A stretch of DNA of 64,000 bases, from positions 83,332,164 to 83,396,163 of the forward strand of contig JASCQW010000072.1 in the NCBI GenBank assembly GCA_030264375.1. Reading direction: 5' to 3'. Of this stretch, positions 13,612 through 25,892 are shown piece after piece. Made by a program: the position numbers and the translations under genes. The notes under the pieces are model-generated. The model had not been told where the DNA came from. It worked only from the letters and a program-made list of their open reading frames with translations, and made no database searches. The stretch is from Carcharhinus longimanus. Its lineage: Eukaryota. Position 1 is the first letter of the stretch. Every line of letters starts with the position of its first letter.

Positions 13612-14035
13612 CTGCGAAGAAAGACAGCCAATTATCCATTTTTAAAAATAAATTGCAATTGTTCATCTTAAACCAAATCATCAGAACTATAGCTAAATCA
13701 GCAATCCAGAATGCTCCTGCATGGCACAGTCTTACAGTAATTAAAGACAGTCTATTTATCAAAAGATCTATAAAACAATCATTGGGTTTTTGAAAATATA
13801 TATGCCTGCAATTTTTGCACAAGTTTGAGTGAAAGCTCAGCAAAATTGCCTGCCCAAAATGGAATTTCTCAGACTGTCTCCAAAATATTATAAGAAATCA
13901 AGGCCATGAGGATTTAGCAATGAGGGGAAATCATCAAAATGGCATTTTATCAATGCAATGGACAGTTGCCATACAGTAAAATAAACAAATGTTTTTCTCA
14001 CCTTATCGTCTTACTTGCATATTATTTAAAATATG

Positions 14036-14349
14036 GGATGACACAGTAGTTAGTACTGCTGCCTCACAGCACAAAGGACCCAGGTTCAGTTCCAGCCTTA
14101 GGTGACTGTGTGGAGTTTGCACATTTCTCTCCGTGTCTGCTTGGCTTTCCTCCAGGTGCTCCGGTTTCTTGCCACACTCCAAAGATGTGCGGATTAGGTT
14201 GATTGGCCATGCTAAATTGCCCCTTAGTGTTAGGGGTAACAGAGTAAATATGTGGGGTCATAGGGATAGGGCCTAGGTGGCTTTATCATTGGTGCAGATT
14301 CAATGGGCCTAATGACCACCTTCTTCTGCACTGTAGGGATTCTATGATT
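14036..14349 (+). mobile_element. HE1/V-SINE-like SINE
   Basis: Full head-to-tail similarity to the other copies in the window. Confidence 0.85.
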
Positions 14350-15750
14350 GTAAGAAGGGAGAAAGGGACAACTTGAGTAATTACAGGCCAGCCAGTCTAG
14401 CTATGTTTGATATTGTTTATGTGGGTTTTAGGTTTCTGACAAGATTATGCATGGCATACTGATCAGTAAATTGAAAGCTCATGAGCTGAAAAATTGGTCC
14501 AATAACTGGAAGAGTTATGGTCGACATGTGCTTTTCTGAAAGGAAGGCTCCAGTGAGGATAGTATAAAGACTCAACACCAGGTTAAAACTCAACAGGTTT
14601 ATTTGATACTACAAGCTTTTGGAGTCTCGCTCCTTCTTCAGATGACGTGCCTGAAGAGGGAGTGAAACTCCAAAAGCTTGTGCTACCAAATAATCCTGTT
14701 GGACTTTTAACCTGGTGTTAAGGACTTTTACTGTGCTTACCCCAGTCTAACGCCAAGATCTCAACATTTAATGTGGATCACAGGTATCATCACTTGATGT
14801 TTATGGTGAAGCATCAATGATTTAGACTTAAACGTAGGGGACATAATTTTTAAGTTTGCAGAGGATACCAAACTGGCTGTGTAGTTGATAGTGAGGAACA
14901 AAGCTGCCAAATTTAGGAACATATCAATAGTCTTGTCAGGCAGATTGATTAGGAGCAAATGGAGTTCAATTTAGAGGAGTGTCAGATAATGCACTTGGGA
15001 AGGGAAAACAAGACAAAAGGAATACACAAAAAACATTGGAATCTGGAAAGTGTAGAGGCACAAAGGGGCCGTGGCATGTGTATCTACAAATCCCTGAAGG
15101 TAGCAGGATAGGTAAACAATGTCAAGATGACATGGGATAGTTTATTTTATTGGTTGAAGCCTACAATAGAAGAGTGGAGAGGTTATACTTGAACCATACA
15201 AACCACTGGTACAGCTAGTCCATACAGTTCTGGTCACCATATTAGAAGAAGTCTGTGATTAAACGAGACAGTGCAAAAGAGATTTACAAAGATATTGCCG
15301 GGAATAGTTAGCAATGAGAGAAAATAATTAGATGGGCTGGGATTGTTTTCTTCGGGTCAGAGCAGGCTGAGACTAGATTGAATGAAGGTGGTATTATGAT
15401 AGACTGGACAGCAAGAACCTATTTTTGATTAGCAGATAGATCAATGCCAGGGGGCATAAATCTAAATTAATTGTTAAAAGGAGTAGAAGGGAGTTGCAGA
15501 GCATTTTTTAATTCCTGAAAACAGGGGACGGGATTGGGCTCGAGAACTCACTGCTTGAAAGGGCGGTACAGACAACAGCTATCATTGCGCTTAAAAAAAA
15601 AACCCTTCGTATTCTCTCTATTTTGAACATGCACTTGAGATTCCATTAACCAAAGGGCTACACACCAAGAACCAAAAAGCGGGATGAGGTTGGATTGTTC
15701 TTTTTTGGTTAGCATTAACACTCTGGACCAAACTGCTTCCTTCTATAATT
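14350..15750 (+). mobile_element. Decayed CR1 RT region interrupted by a Penelope-like insert
   Basis: NYRPAS, KFAEDTKL and QFWSPY-type remnants with stops and frameshifts. Confidence 0.75.
14571..14768. mobile_element. Penelope-like terminal repeat in inverted (palindromic) arrangement
   Basis: 14571-14641 is the reverse complement of 14651-14722; CTGAAGA...AAAGCTTGTG core. Confidence 0.7.
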
Positions 15751-15915
15751 CATGCCTTTAAGAGTTTAACTAAAGCATTACTTTTATCAAATCACTTATG
15801 AGATGCAAGCATCTCTGGCTAGGTCAGCATTTATTGTCTATCCCTAATTGCCCTTGAGAAGGTGCTGGAGAACCATCTTTTTGGACCACAGCGGTCCTTG
15901 TGGTGTAGGTACAGC

Positions 15916-16384
15916 ACAGTAAGAGGTCTCACAACACCAGGTTATAGTCCAACAGGTTTATTTTGTAGCACATAAGAACATAAGAAATAGGAGCAGGAGT
16001 AGGCCATCTGGCCCTTCGAGCCTGCCCTGCCATTCAATAAGATCNNNNNNNNNNNNNNNNNNNNNNNNNNNNNNNNNNNNNNNNNNNNNNNNNNNNNNNN
16101 NNNNNNNNNNNNNNNNNNNNNNNNNNNNNNNNNNNNNNNNNNNNCCTCAACGGGCAGAGAATTCCATAGATTCACCACCCTTTGAGTGAAGAAGTTCCTC
16201 CTCAACTCCGTTCTAAACCACAAGCCACTAGCTTTTGGAGCACTGTTCCTTCGCATCTGATGAAGGAACAGCGCTCTGAAAACTAGTGGCTTGAGTTACC
16301 AAATAAACCTGCTGGACTTTAACTTGGTGTTGTGAGATTTCTTACTGTGTTTACCCCAGTCCAATGCTGGCATTTTCACATCAT
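15916..16384. mobile_element. Penelope-like palindromic insert containing a CR1 3' end (about 15971-16218), inside an L2-like fragment (about 15800-16560)
   Basis: Same family as the 14571 copy; flanked by direct repeat GTGTAGGTACAGC. Confidence 0.7.
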
Positions 16385-16610
16385 GTGTAGGTACAGCCAT
16401 AGTGGTGCTAGGGAGGGAGGTCCAGGATTTAGACCCAGTAGTGAAGGAATGATGATATGTTTCCAAATCAGGATGGAATGTGGTTTGGAGAGGAACTTGC
16501 AGGTGGTGGCGTTGCCATGCATTAACTGCCCTTGTCGTTCTAGGTGGTGGATGTTGCGAGCGAAGGGGCATTGTCTTCTTACATAAAGTACACTTAAACT
16601 GAGCACTTAC

Positions 16611-16705
16611 TCCAGTTACACTATATCCCTGGAATATCCACGACTTGTCCTGGTTTGTAGCACAGCACAAAGCAGCAACTCCGTGCCCCACCACACATAT
16701 TGGTT
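16611..16705 (-). CDS. GATD1: GATD1 exon 5, [32 protein letters not shown]
   Basis: tgcag acceptor, gtaagt donor, 95 nt; matches human [22 protein letters not shown]. Confidence 0.95.
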
Positions 16706-17937
16706 CTGCAATGAAGGCGAATGAAACAACATTAATTAAAGGCCAATCAAAATTCCTTCTTAATTATTATATTCAAGAAATTATTTAACTAGTCTTTGAA
16801 AATAGATTTAATTCAAATGCTTTATGCTGTTTCGTTTTTTTAAAAAAAATCACTGCAAACAGGTTGGTCAGCGGCCATGGAGAACAAATTGATGTAACTT
16901 GAGCTGCAGCTTTTCAGAATGTAAAAAGAGTGAAAAATAAAACAAGTGTTGAAATGCAACCAAAACAAAGGGGTAGCAGATATTTATTAAAATAAAACAC
17001 ACAAGAATAGATATAATATGCTTAAAGGTAAAACAGCAGCTTGAAGAATGTGTAAATGTGGGAGGCAGCTAACAGACGAGATGAATATCTATAGGATAGG
17101 AAACTTGCATTTCAAGTTTCAAATGAAAGCAGAAATTACAAAAGCAGGGTACAATCAATGGCCCAAAAAAGAAAAACTGGCCAAAAGTTGCGTTTTTTTA
17201 AAATTAGTCTAACAATGCAAGTTAATTTCCCCTTCCCCCACTATTTCTAAATGTTAATTTCGAGAAATTAAGCAATTATCAATTTCACCAAATATTAACA
17301 ACTTAAACAGTAGATCTCCTCTTGCCGACCCTGAGCAGACCATGACTTAATCAGGTTCTAAGAAAAACTTTCCTATTTTGTATTTCATTATCACTTTAAC
17401 ATTTTAAGGAACAGATTATTTTCACCAAACAGTGGCAGTTCTTAACTGGGTAAACATAACAGTCATTGTACAAAAGAATCAAGAGCAGGACTCGGCCACT
17501 AACAAAAGTGCAGTAATATAGAGTACACTAGCAATCTTTTACAAGCTGCAGAGGAATGAACAGCTTAAAAAAAATCCAATAATACTTCTGGGAGTATTTT
17601 GGCCAGGGCACTAACAGAATTCCATGTTATGTTTCCGATAGTGCCGCAGAAAATGTAAACGCCCACTTGTACAAGCAAACAGGACCTTCATTTAACATTG
17701 TATCTAAAAGCATAGTTTAGCACCAACTACATTACAAACCACAACAAAAGAAACATCAGTATATAATTCGAGACAAAGTTCATGGTTTGGTGCCTGCCAT
17801 GTAGCAATACTTTCAAGAAGCTTGGGTTCAATACATCAAATAAATAAGTACATCCCACTGATAACATAAGATTGAGGGCAGGCAATGAAAGGTAGTGGGA
17901 AGTGAAAGAGCCAGCAGGAGCCGCAGAGTAGTAAAAT

Positions 17938-18212
17938 TCATTTATTAATCACAAATAGACTTACATTAACACTGCAATGAAATTATTGTAAAAATCCCTT
18001 AGTTGCCACACTCCGGCACCTGTTCGGATACACCGAGGGAGAATTTAGCATGGCCAATCCACCAAACCAGCACAATTTTTGGACTAAGCGAGGAAACCCA
18101 CACAAACACAGGGAGGACATGCAAATTCCACACAGACAGTGGCCCTAGCAGGAATTGAACCTGGGGCCCCGGCGCTATGAGAGGGCAGCACTAACTACTG
18201 TGCCACTGTGGC
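17938..18212 (-). mobile_element. V-SINE-like SINE, alternative-tail subfamily; plus-strand copies at about 19928-20215 and 31030-31272
   Basis: Same head as the HE1-like copies, but tail TTCATTGCAGTGTTAATGTAAGCCTACTTGTGAC..AATAAA. Confidence 0.8.
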
Positions 18213-18700
18213 AGCCAGAAGTGAGGGGGTATGGCTGGAAGCAGGGGGGGGGGGGGGGCGGGAANNNNNNNNNNNNNNNNNNNNNNNNNNNNNNNNNNNN
18301 NNNNNNNNNNNNNNNNNNNNNNNNNNNNNNNNNNNNNNNNNNNNNNNNNNNNNNNNNNNNNNNNNNNNNNNNNNNNNNNNNNNNNNNNNNNNNNNNNNNN
18401 NNNNNNNNNNNNNNNNNNNNNNNNNNNNNNNNNNNNNNNNNNNNNNNNNNNNNNNNNNNNNNNNNNNNNNNNNNNNNNNNNNNNNNNNNNNNNNNNNNNN
18501 NNNNNNNNNNNNNNNNNNNNNNNNNNNNNNNNNNNNNNNNNNNNNNNNNNNNNNNNNNNNNNNNNNNNNNNNNNNNNNNNNNNNNNNNNNNNNNNNNNNN
18601 NNNNNNNNNNNNNNNNNNNNNNNNNNNNNNNNNNNNNNNNNNNNNNNNNNNNNNNNNNNNNNNNNNNNNNNNNNNNNNNNNNNNNNNNNNNNNNNNNNNN

Positions 18701-18880
18701 TGTGTTTCTATACTCTTGATGGCCCTGCCATTTATTGTATAACTCCCCCCTACATTAGTTCTTCCAAAATGCATCACCTTGCATTTATCTGGATTAAATT
18801 CCATCTGCCATTTCTCCGCCCAATTTAGCAGCCTATCTATATCATGCTGTATTGTCCGACACTGTTCATCACTATCAGCG
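18701..18880 (-). mobile_element. CR1 RT fragment
   Basis: WQMEFNPDKCKVMHFG motif. Confidence 0.85.
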
Positions 18881-20250
18881 GAGAAGTCAGGATGCAGAAG
18901 GAGGAAACTTTATTAAGTACTTAAAATCAACCTGAATGCACATTTTCATTACTAAGATTCAAAGTCTTTCAGCTAAGCATGCTCTTCAGCCTTCCTCAGG
19001 TTCAAAAGAAAATTAATCATTAAAATTTGGCTTTTTAAATTTGGATTCCTCTTCATGCACTTATATTCATCCCCTCCACACCACAAGTGAAGTAACATTG
19101 AGTGTATCTAACTCTATATATTACTATATATGGCTAGCAAACCATAGTGGAGGTTTTCATTATTTCAAGTAGAAACTAAACCCAAGTCCCTGAAAGTAAA
19201 GGGGAAACACTGCAGCCGGGATTTCCTGGCTCAATTCTGCACAAACCCTTTGTTGCTCAGTGCCCCTGGTTTCCTGTCCTCCACCACATTCAGTTCCGGT
19301 CCTTAGATTTATTTTCTAGTTTACTAAGTCACATTTCACTTTATTGGAATAATCTTTCTATATCAAAGCCCAAGCAAATAGTTTCTGCATCAGGTTCCCA
19401 ATTCTGTTTGCAGACATTTTATCATTGGAGGCCAATTGTTCATTCTTGGGAATAATTTCCAAAATCACTTCACCATTTTACTCCCAATTCTTCAGAAGCT
19501 TCAGTGCTCCATGACTTTCTTCATCATGAGGGTGGCACTAAAGAACTTAAAAACCCCGTCGGTGCTCTGTATTTTCAGATGGGTCAGAAGCTCACCAGCA
19601 CCTGTCACAAGTGGCCATTGTTCTGTAAACTTTGACAACAGGCATTGTCATCACAATCAAGTTCAATCCTTGAACCACAAACACAACTTCCAGGGTGACT
19701 GGATAGCAATCTGGGCAGGAACGTTCTCTTAATTTGACTTAATTGAGCAAAGAGGTGCCAATGGCCAACTTCAGCATTTCAACCATTGCTCTGTCTGAGA
19801 TCCGCCCCCTCAGCACTGACTGGAATTAGGTTTTCTTCATACATTGCAAAACAAAGCACTATAATTAACAATTAGGTATTTTCTCTTTCAAGCCTCTGGC
19901 ATGAGTTACAGTACAATTTTGAATAAATGGGTGGCACAGTGGCTAGCACTGTTGCCTCACAGTGCCAGGGGCCCAGGTTCAATTTCTGGCTTGGGTCACT
20001 GTCTATGTAGAGTTTCCACATTCCCCCAGTGTCTGCACGACTTTCCTACTAGTGCTCCGGTTTCCTCCCACAGTCTGAAAGATGTGCTGGTTAGATGCAT
20101 TGACCATACTAAACCAGCATGCCCAAACAGGTGCCAAAATGTGGCGTCTAGGGGGATTTTCACAGTAATTTCATTGCAGTGTTAATGTAAGCCTACTTGT
20201 GACACTAATAAATAAATTTTAACTTTAAACTTAAATTTTAAATTACTCAC

Positions 20251-20358
20251 TTGACTCAGTGCAGAAATGCTGAAGAATCTTGGCTAGGTATCCATTGGTT
20301 GCAAGATCTACCATAGCACCAGGACAGTTAGGAATCAGGATAGCATTGTACCTAGCAC
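20251..20358 (-). CDS. GATD1: GATD1 exon 4, [36 protein letters not shown]
   Basis: ctctag acceptor, gtgagt donor, 108 nt; matches human [20 protein letters not shown]. Confidence 0.95.
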
Positions 20359-20630
20359 CTAGAGACACAAAATAGGTAATTTAATAGGAAATTATCAAAA
20401 CATTTTGGTTTAGGTTTGCCTTTAAATGTCCACTGTACTATGTAAAACATAAAATGTTAAACTTAGCATACATGATTTACTGTAAAGAAAAACTGCACAA
20501 ATCACAGGGACATCATCAATGTCTCTTTTTCATCAGGTCTCGTCTGACCCTCTCTTAGTGTCTCTTGCTCTTTGTACTGCTTACACTTCAGGCTTTCTCG
20601 CCCTCTCGCTGACCTCCCTTTATATTGTGC

Positions 20631-20883
20631 TCACTCTTCCTCAGTCTGTTAGAGATTTTTTCATGCAAAACTGGAATACTTGGGCAACAAATTGCACTCT
20701 CCTTATTAGCTACAGAAATATGTGCAAAATGATATGGAATTTTGTGTAAAACATTTATTGTAATTAAAACACATTACATTCATATCATCATTTAAATCAG
20801 TACAGTCTTTAAAGGTACTCACATCCTTTTCTTCTACAATTTAGACACCCATTACTCTAAATGCAAAAGGAATTCTGATGCTG
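20631..20883. repeat. About 250-bp direct repeat, copy 1 (copy 2 at about 22875-23128)
   Basis: Colinear match visible by eye, e.g. AAAACTGGAATACTTGGGCAACAAA and CTCTCCTTATTAGCTACAGAAATATGTGC. Confidence 0.9.
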
Positions 20884-21047
20884 CCAACCATAAACCTAAA
20901 CTTAATTCTGTAAGCACATGATAATTATTTAATCCCAACTTCCAAAAAAAAAATAATAACAGGCACTGACGGAGCTGCTATTCTTAGATTACCTTCTATA
21001 TTTGAAATATATCAAAAGCTGTGACTTATAATGGATGAGGTCCCTAC

Positions 21048-21153
21048 CATCAATTGATTCCAGCTTAGCTGGGTTTGCGTATGGTTTCATACGGAAGTCC
21101 TGGATCCAGCGTATGTTATTCTCATCCAGCCCCACAAAATCCAATGGTTTTCC
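21048..21153 (-). CDS. GATD1: GATD1 exon 3, [35 protein letters not shown]
   Basis: AG/GT boundaries, 106 nt; matches human [21 protein letters not shown]. Confidence 0.95.
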
Positions 21154-21248
21154 CTATTACAAACACAGACAGATAAGACCCTTCTTATCAAATGGGTGCC
21201 AACTAGCTTGGGTCAGAGCTATGCTTCACAAACTGAGGACAATGGCGG

Positions 21249-21318
21249 GGGAGGGAGAGAGGGAGGGAGAGAGGGAGAGAGGGAGAGAGGGAGAGAGGGA
21301 GAGAGGGAGAGAGGGAGG
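21249..21318. repeat. (GAGG/GAGA)n purine microsatellite in GATD1 intron 2
   Basis: Pure G/A tandem tract. Confidence 0.9.
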
Positions 21319-22117
21319 TGGCGGGTGGTGCAAAACATGCTAATTGAATATTTAATTCAACACATTAAGGCAAGATGCCAAAAACATAATCCAATCATTC
21401 TCGGTTTTGAAGTAGAATGTGAGAACTGTACATCCTAAACAAGATTTTTTAGTAATGTTAACTGATAACTCTTGTTGTATAATTCATAGAGTAAGATCAA
21501 GTATAGTCTTCAGGTAAAGGAGCTAAAAAGATTTGAATAATTGGAACAGAATATACTGACATAAATATGTCTTCATTTTAAAGCTATATAACTTTTTTTA
21601 TTTTTAGCTAATATCAAAGTATTAGGTGTACCCAAGAGAGTCGTGCAGAGTCAATGGGCCAAATGGCTTCCATCTGCACTGTAGGAATTCTATGATTCTA
21701 CCTGAACTTTATGGTTTATTAGGACAACTAATGGCAACTGGGAAGTTCAGAAATGGAGTTGGAGCATGAGGCTGTCATACAAACCGAAGAGCTGGCAGAT
21801 TAAAGATAAACCCATTCCAAGAGTGTATATTTGAAGTGCAAGATATTTATATAGGGAACTATATTTAAAACCATCCACACACACATAATGGAAAACATAT
21901 AACACAAAGATGTGACAATGGGAAGCAAGGCTTGCAGTCAGGAAGTTTCCAATAGAGATACAGATTATAGATATTAACATGCCTTTACCCTTCAATGGAC
22001 CTTCCTTCCCCTTCCAATAGGTTTAGTCAGACTGCTTATTCGTACAGCAGAATGATTATGTGTATTGTAAAAATATGCACTGATTCAGTGAATAAAACAT
22101 ATGTCTCTGGCACTTAC

Positions 22118-22194
22118 CCCTGGAGTAGCAATCTGCAGGTTAAAGGCTGTGTTACATAGTGTATAGGAGTGATAAAACGAGTGTGCAGATACAC
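22118..22194 (-). CDS. GATD1: GATD1 exon 2, (G)VSAHSFYHSYTLCNTAFNLQIATPG
   Basis: ccag acceptor, gtaagt donor, 77 nt; matches human [26 protein letters not shown]. Confidence 0.95.
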
Positions 22195-23132
22195 CTGGGG
22201 GGTCAGGACAGAAAGAAAAGCTAAATAAAACCAATTCAGTACAATCATTACCGTATATACTTATTACATTCCCATACATGGGTATAAAATGATTGAAGTA
22301 ACAGTATTCTGCTTTGTCATTACCATCCAATACTTTGAAGGATTAATCTGCTTCTCAATAGTTTTAGCTAATTTAGCAATGTATCAAAAGTAGACAATAA
22401 TTTCCTCGCTGCAAAGATAAACTATTCTTAAAGGCTTTAATGAAACAGAGGAATGATAGATGGAGTGGATTCCCTGAAGCCACACTCCATTGGAACTAGA
22501 CTGAGACTCACTTCTCACAGGGGTGTGAGCATAGCATGAGAATGGATGTTTTTGAAAATATGTTTGGGAATATTTGTTACTCTCTGAAAACAACTGTGTG
22601 TGCAAATGATTTAATTAAGCTGGGAAAAGTTACTAGAGATAGATTCCCTGGGAAATTTAAGGCATGAAATGATAGAAATGTGAGGTTTGTACATTTGTAA
22701 TAAGATTTTACAGTGGGTTTGGGGTGCAGGTAAATAGATCGATTATTTGCATTACGAAATATATAGGGACTTTTTCTGCCACAGCTGTTTAATTTCAAAG
22801 GAAGTAAGAAACTTTTAAAACTTGTAAATATTTAATGAGTAAACTATTAAATTTTATTTGACCCGAAAGTGTGTTCACTCTTCCTCAGTCTGCTTGAGAT
22901 TTTTTCATGTAAAACTGGAATACTTGGGCAACAAACTGCACTCTCCTTATTAGCTACAGAAATATGTGCGAAATGATATGGAATGCTGTGTAAAACATTT
23001 ATTGTAATTAAAATACATCACGTTCACATCATCATTTAAATCAGTATAGTCTTTGAAGGCACTCACATCCTTTTCTTCTACAATTTAAGATGCTCATTAC
23101 TCTGAATGCAAAAGGAATTTTGATGCTGATTA

Positions 23133-23663
23133 CAGTTATGCAGCTAAAATAGTCTTACAAAGATGAGTCCTCCCAAAGGACTCCCTATTTGGTCAGATCC
23201 ACAAGTAAAGATCTTCCAGGTAGCACTCCCACATAGATAAAGACACAAGAAAACATGAAAGTTTTTACATGAAAGTGGAGAAGTTGTGAGGACAATGGAA
23301 TCATAGACAAAAGGCTCTTTAAGGAGAAATGTTAAGTTGATTTGGTGTTGGCTGCATGAGGAATATCTCAGAAAAACAGCTCTGGATTGGGAGAAGGTGC
23401 ACTTTGCATCAGCCACCCATTCAAGCCAGAAAAATCCCAGGCTTTGAAAAGTAGTCTTGTAGAAAGTAGAAGGCTTTTTGGATTTCCACAGTAGATTAGA
23501 AGAATGCTTAAGAGGTTGTGCAGTTGTCTTGGGTAATAATATTGGGATTTTTATAGCCAAACATCTATATGGAGTACTACCTGGAAGATCTTTACTTGTG
23601 GATCTGACCAAATAGGGAGTCCTTTGGGAGAATGTTTGTAAGACTATTTTAGCTGCATAACTG
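23133..23663. mobile_element. Foldback/MITE-like element with about 100-bp terminal inverted repeats, TA-flanked
   Basis: TA|CAGTTATGCAGCTAAAATAGTCTTACAAA ... TTTGTAAGACTATTTTAGCTGCATAACTG|TA. Confidence 0.75.
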
Positions 23664-24194
23664 TAATCTTGCACGCTGAGGTTCTCTTTTCTAGTTAATA
23701 AATTATCTTTAATTTTTAAAACCCCAAAAACATTACTGAACTTCTTGCTGCCTGGATCAGTACATCCGCTTGTCATTTTCAAAATACAAAAAATAGGAAT
23801 GGCCCATAAACCAAGGCTTCCCCCATTGGGATTTGGTTGGTTCAGTGTTTAACATCTGCTGTGATCATAACAACAGTGAGACAAATATCCAAGGGGCAAC
23901 AGGGTGACGATCCGACAAGTACATGGTTATAAACAAGAAAGATTTTAACATACTACTGGAAAATAAAATAACAGGTATTGTATGGTGATATAATCTACTA
24001 TGATTTACTCGGAATTGTCCATGGGTTTTATTTACAGTCTAAGTGTAAGAGATCCTTACTTAAATTTTCCTTGCCCCCAGTGAGAATTTCAGCTGACGCC
24101 AGTAAATAGAGAGAGATTGATAGGCCAATCAGCAACAAACTCATACATAATGGTTAATGTTCAGGAAGTCTGTCTCAAGTCCAGTTTAGATAGT

Positions 24195-24560
24195 TTGTCT
24201 TGGCTGTGCCTCAGAAGACTGAACCCAAATTCCATTCTGGAGCCTCGAGTACATGACGTAAGCTGAGTGCAATATTGAGTGCAATACTGGAGGTGCGATC
24301 TTTCAGATGAGATGTAAAAAAGAGGGTCCCTCTACTCCATGGATGTCAAGGATCCCACAGCACTATTCAAGGAAGAGTAGGGCAGATCTCCCTGGTCAAC
24401 GTTTATCCCTGTAAACACTGAAAATAGTTGATCTACTCTGTTATTTTGTTGCTCTTTGTCAAACCTTCCTAAGAACAAATAGGCTGCTGCATCTCCCTAA
24501 ATTAGTGAATTCAAAAGTACTTAGCTAATTATAAAGTGCAAAACAGAAAATCTTTCCTTT
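24195..24560 (+). mobile_element. Deu-domain SINE, second copy
   Basis: GGAGGTGCGATCTTTCAGATGAGATG...GATCCCACAGCACTATTCAAGGAAGAG. Confidence 0.7.
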
Positions 24561-25329
24561 CCTTCGGTCTAGTACAGCTATTACTTTCTGTTTTACAAAA
24601 GAGAGACATCTTATTTAAAACTGCAAGGAAGGTCATTGCTTTGATTTAATGAAGCAGTTCTACCATTTATAATCTAAGACATAATCAAGCAGCATATATA
24701 TTCCCATTATCTTTCAAAATCAAGATACAGTCCATGATACAACATGTCACTAATACAGAGAAAAGGGTAAAAACTTATTCAACCCTCAGGACCACAGTTA
24801 TCTACATACTGAGCAATTAAAGACACAGTGCAGTAGATAGGAAACTGAGTCTTGCCTATGGAAGCAGCCCAATAAAGGAAGGGCACTACATAGAGCCAAC
24901 ACTGACGCAATGGGTCAAGTGGCCTCCTTCAATGTTATAACCATTCTGTGAATGTACTGAACCAAACAAAACTATCTAGTAATAAACAAATATAAAGCAT
25001 AACAATTCCTTGGAGAAATGAAAGAAGAATGCACCCTCAAGTACTAAAAAACAAAAAAAAACTTGCCAATGAACTGAAGAGACAAAGGCAGAATGGTGGA
25101 ACCTTTGCATTCCAAAAATTGGTGCACACCTGCAAACATTTATTTTTGATAATGAATTTTATAAAGTGATTATTTTATAAATGAATAAATGAAAATAGGA
25201 GAATCTTTAGAAACAAATACTGGGATCTAACTAACACATGAACTCCAAATGTCTCCTTTAGTGTTTGAAACAATGCCTTTTTTTATATTGATCACAACAT
25301 TGTCAGAGAAGCAGAGTAGAAGGAATACA

Positions 25330-25892
25330 ATAGAAGTCAGGCTTCAGATATACAAAAGCCTAGGCTGGATTATATCTGGAATACTGTGAATAACTATGCA
25401 CCACACTTTCGGAAGAATATACAGTACTGGCCTTAAAGAAGGATTACATAATCTTGACTTGCATTCTCTTGAATTTAGAAAGTTAGACTAAAGTTTACTT
25501 ATTAGTGAAAATCTCCTAGTAAGGTGAATTCATTGAGCTTTAAGCCATTAACGGGAATAGGTAGGATAGATGGAGAACAACAATCTCCTACTGTTGAAGA
25601 ATTTAGGACTGGGAGGTAGAGATTTAAAATTGCAATCAAACTTTCAGGTGTGAAGTTAGGGAACATCTCCACACAGAAAAGGTGGGAGAAGTTTGAAACA
25701 CGCTTCTGAAAATAGGACTTAAAGTTAGATTAATTGCTAATTTTCAAATGGAGATTGATAATTTGCTAACAAATGGCTTATAAGAGATAGAGACAAAGAC
25801 AGTTAAATGGAGTTTGGTCACAGATCAGTACTGATTTCACTGAATGGTGGATGTGACTTGAGGGGCTAAATGGCCAACTCTTGTTCCTATAT
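25330..25892 (+). mobile_element. Old CR1 3' fragment
   Basis: LEYC..APHFRKNI remnant and GAGGGGCTAAATGGCCAACTCTTGTTCCTAT tail. Confidence 0.7.

Noticed and set aside
18155-18828. Long ORFs spanning N runs here and at 26527-27288
   Set aside because: Artefacts of assembly gaps, most of which coincide with collapsed repeats
23144-23782. 212-aa ORF across the foldback element
   Set aside because: No transposase or other motif; non-ATG start; lies in GATD1 intron 1
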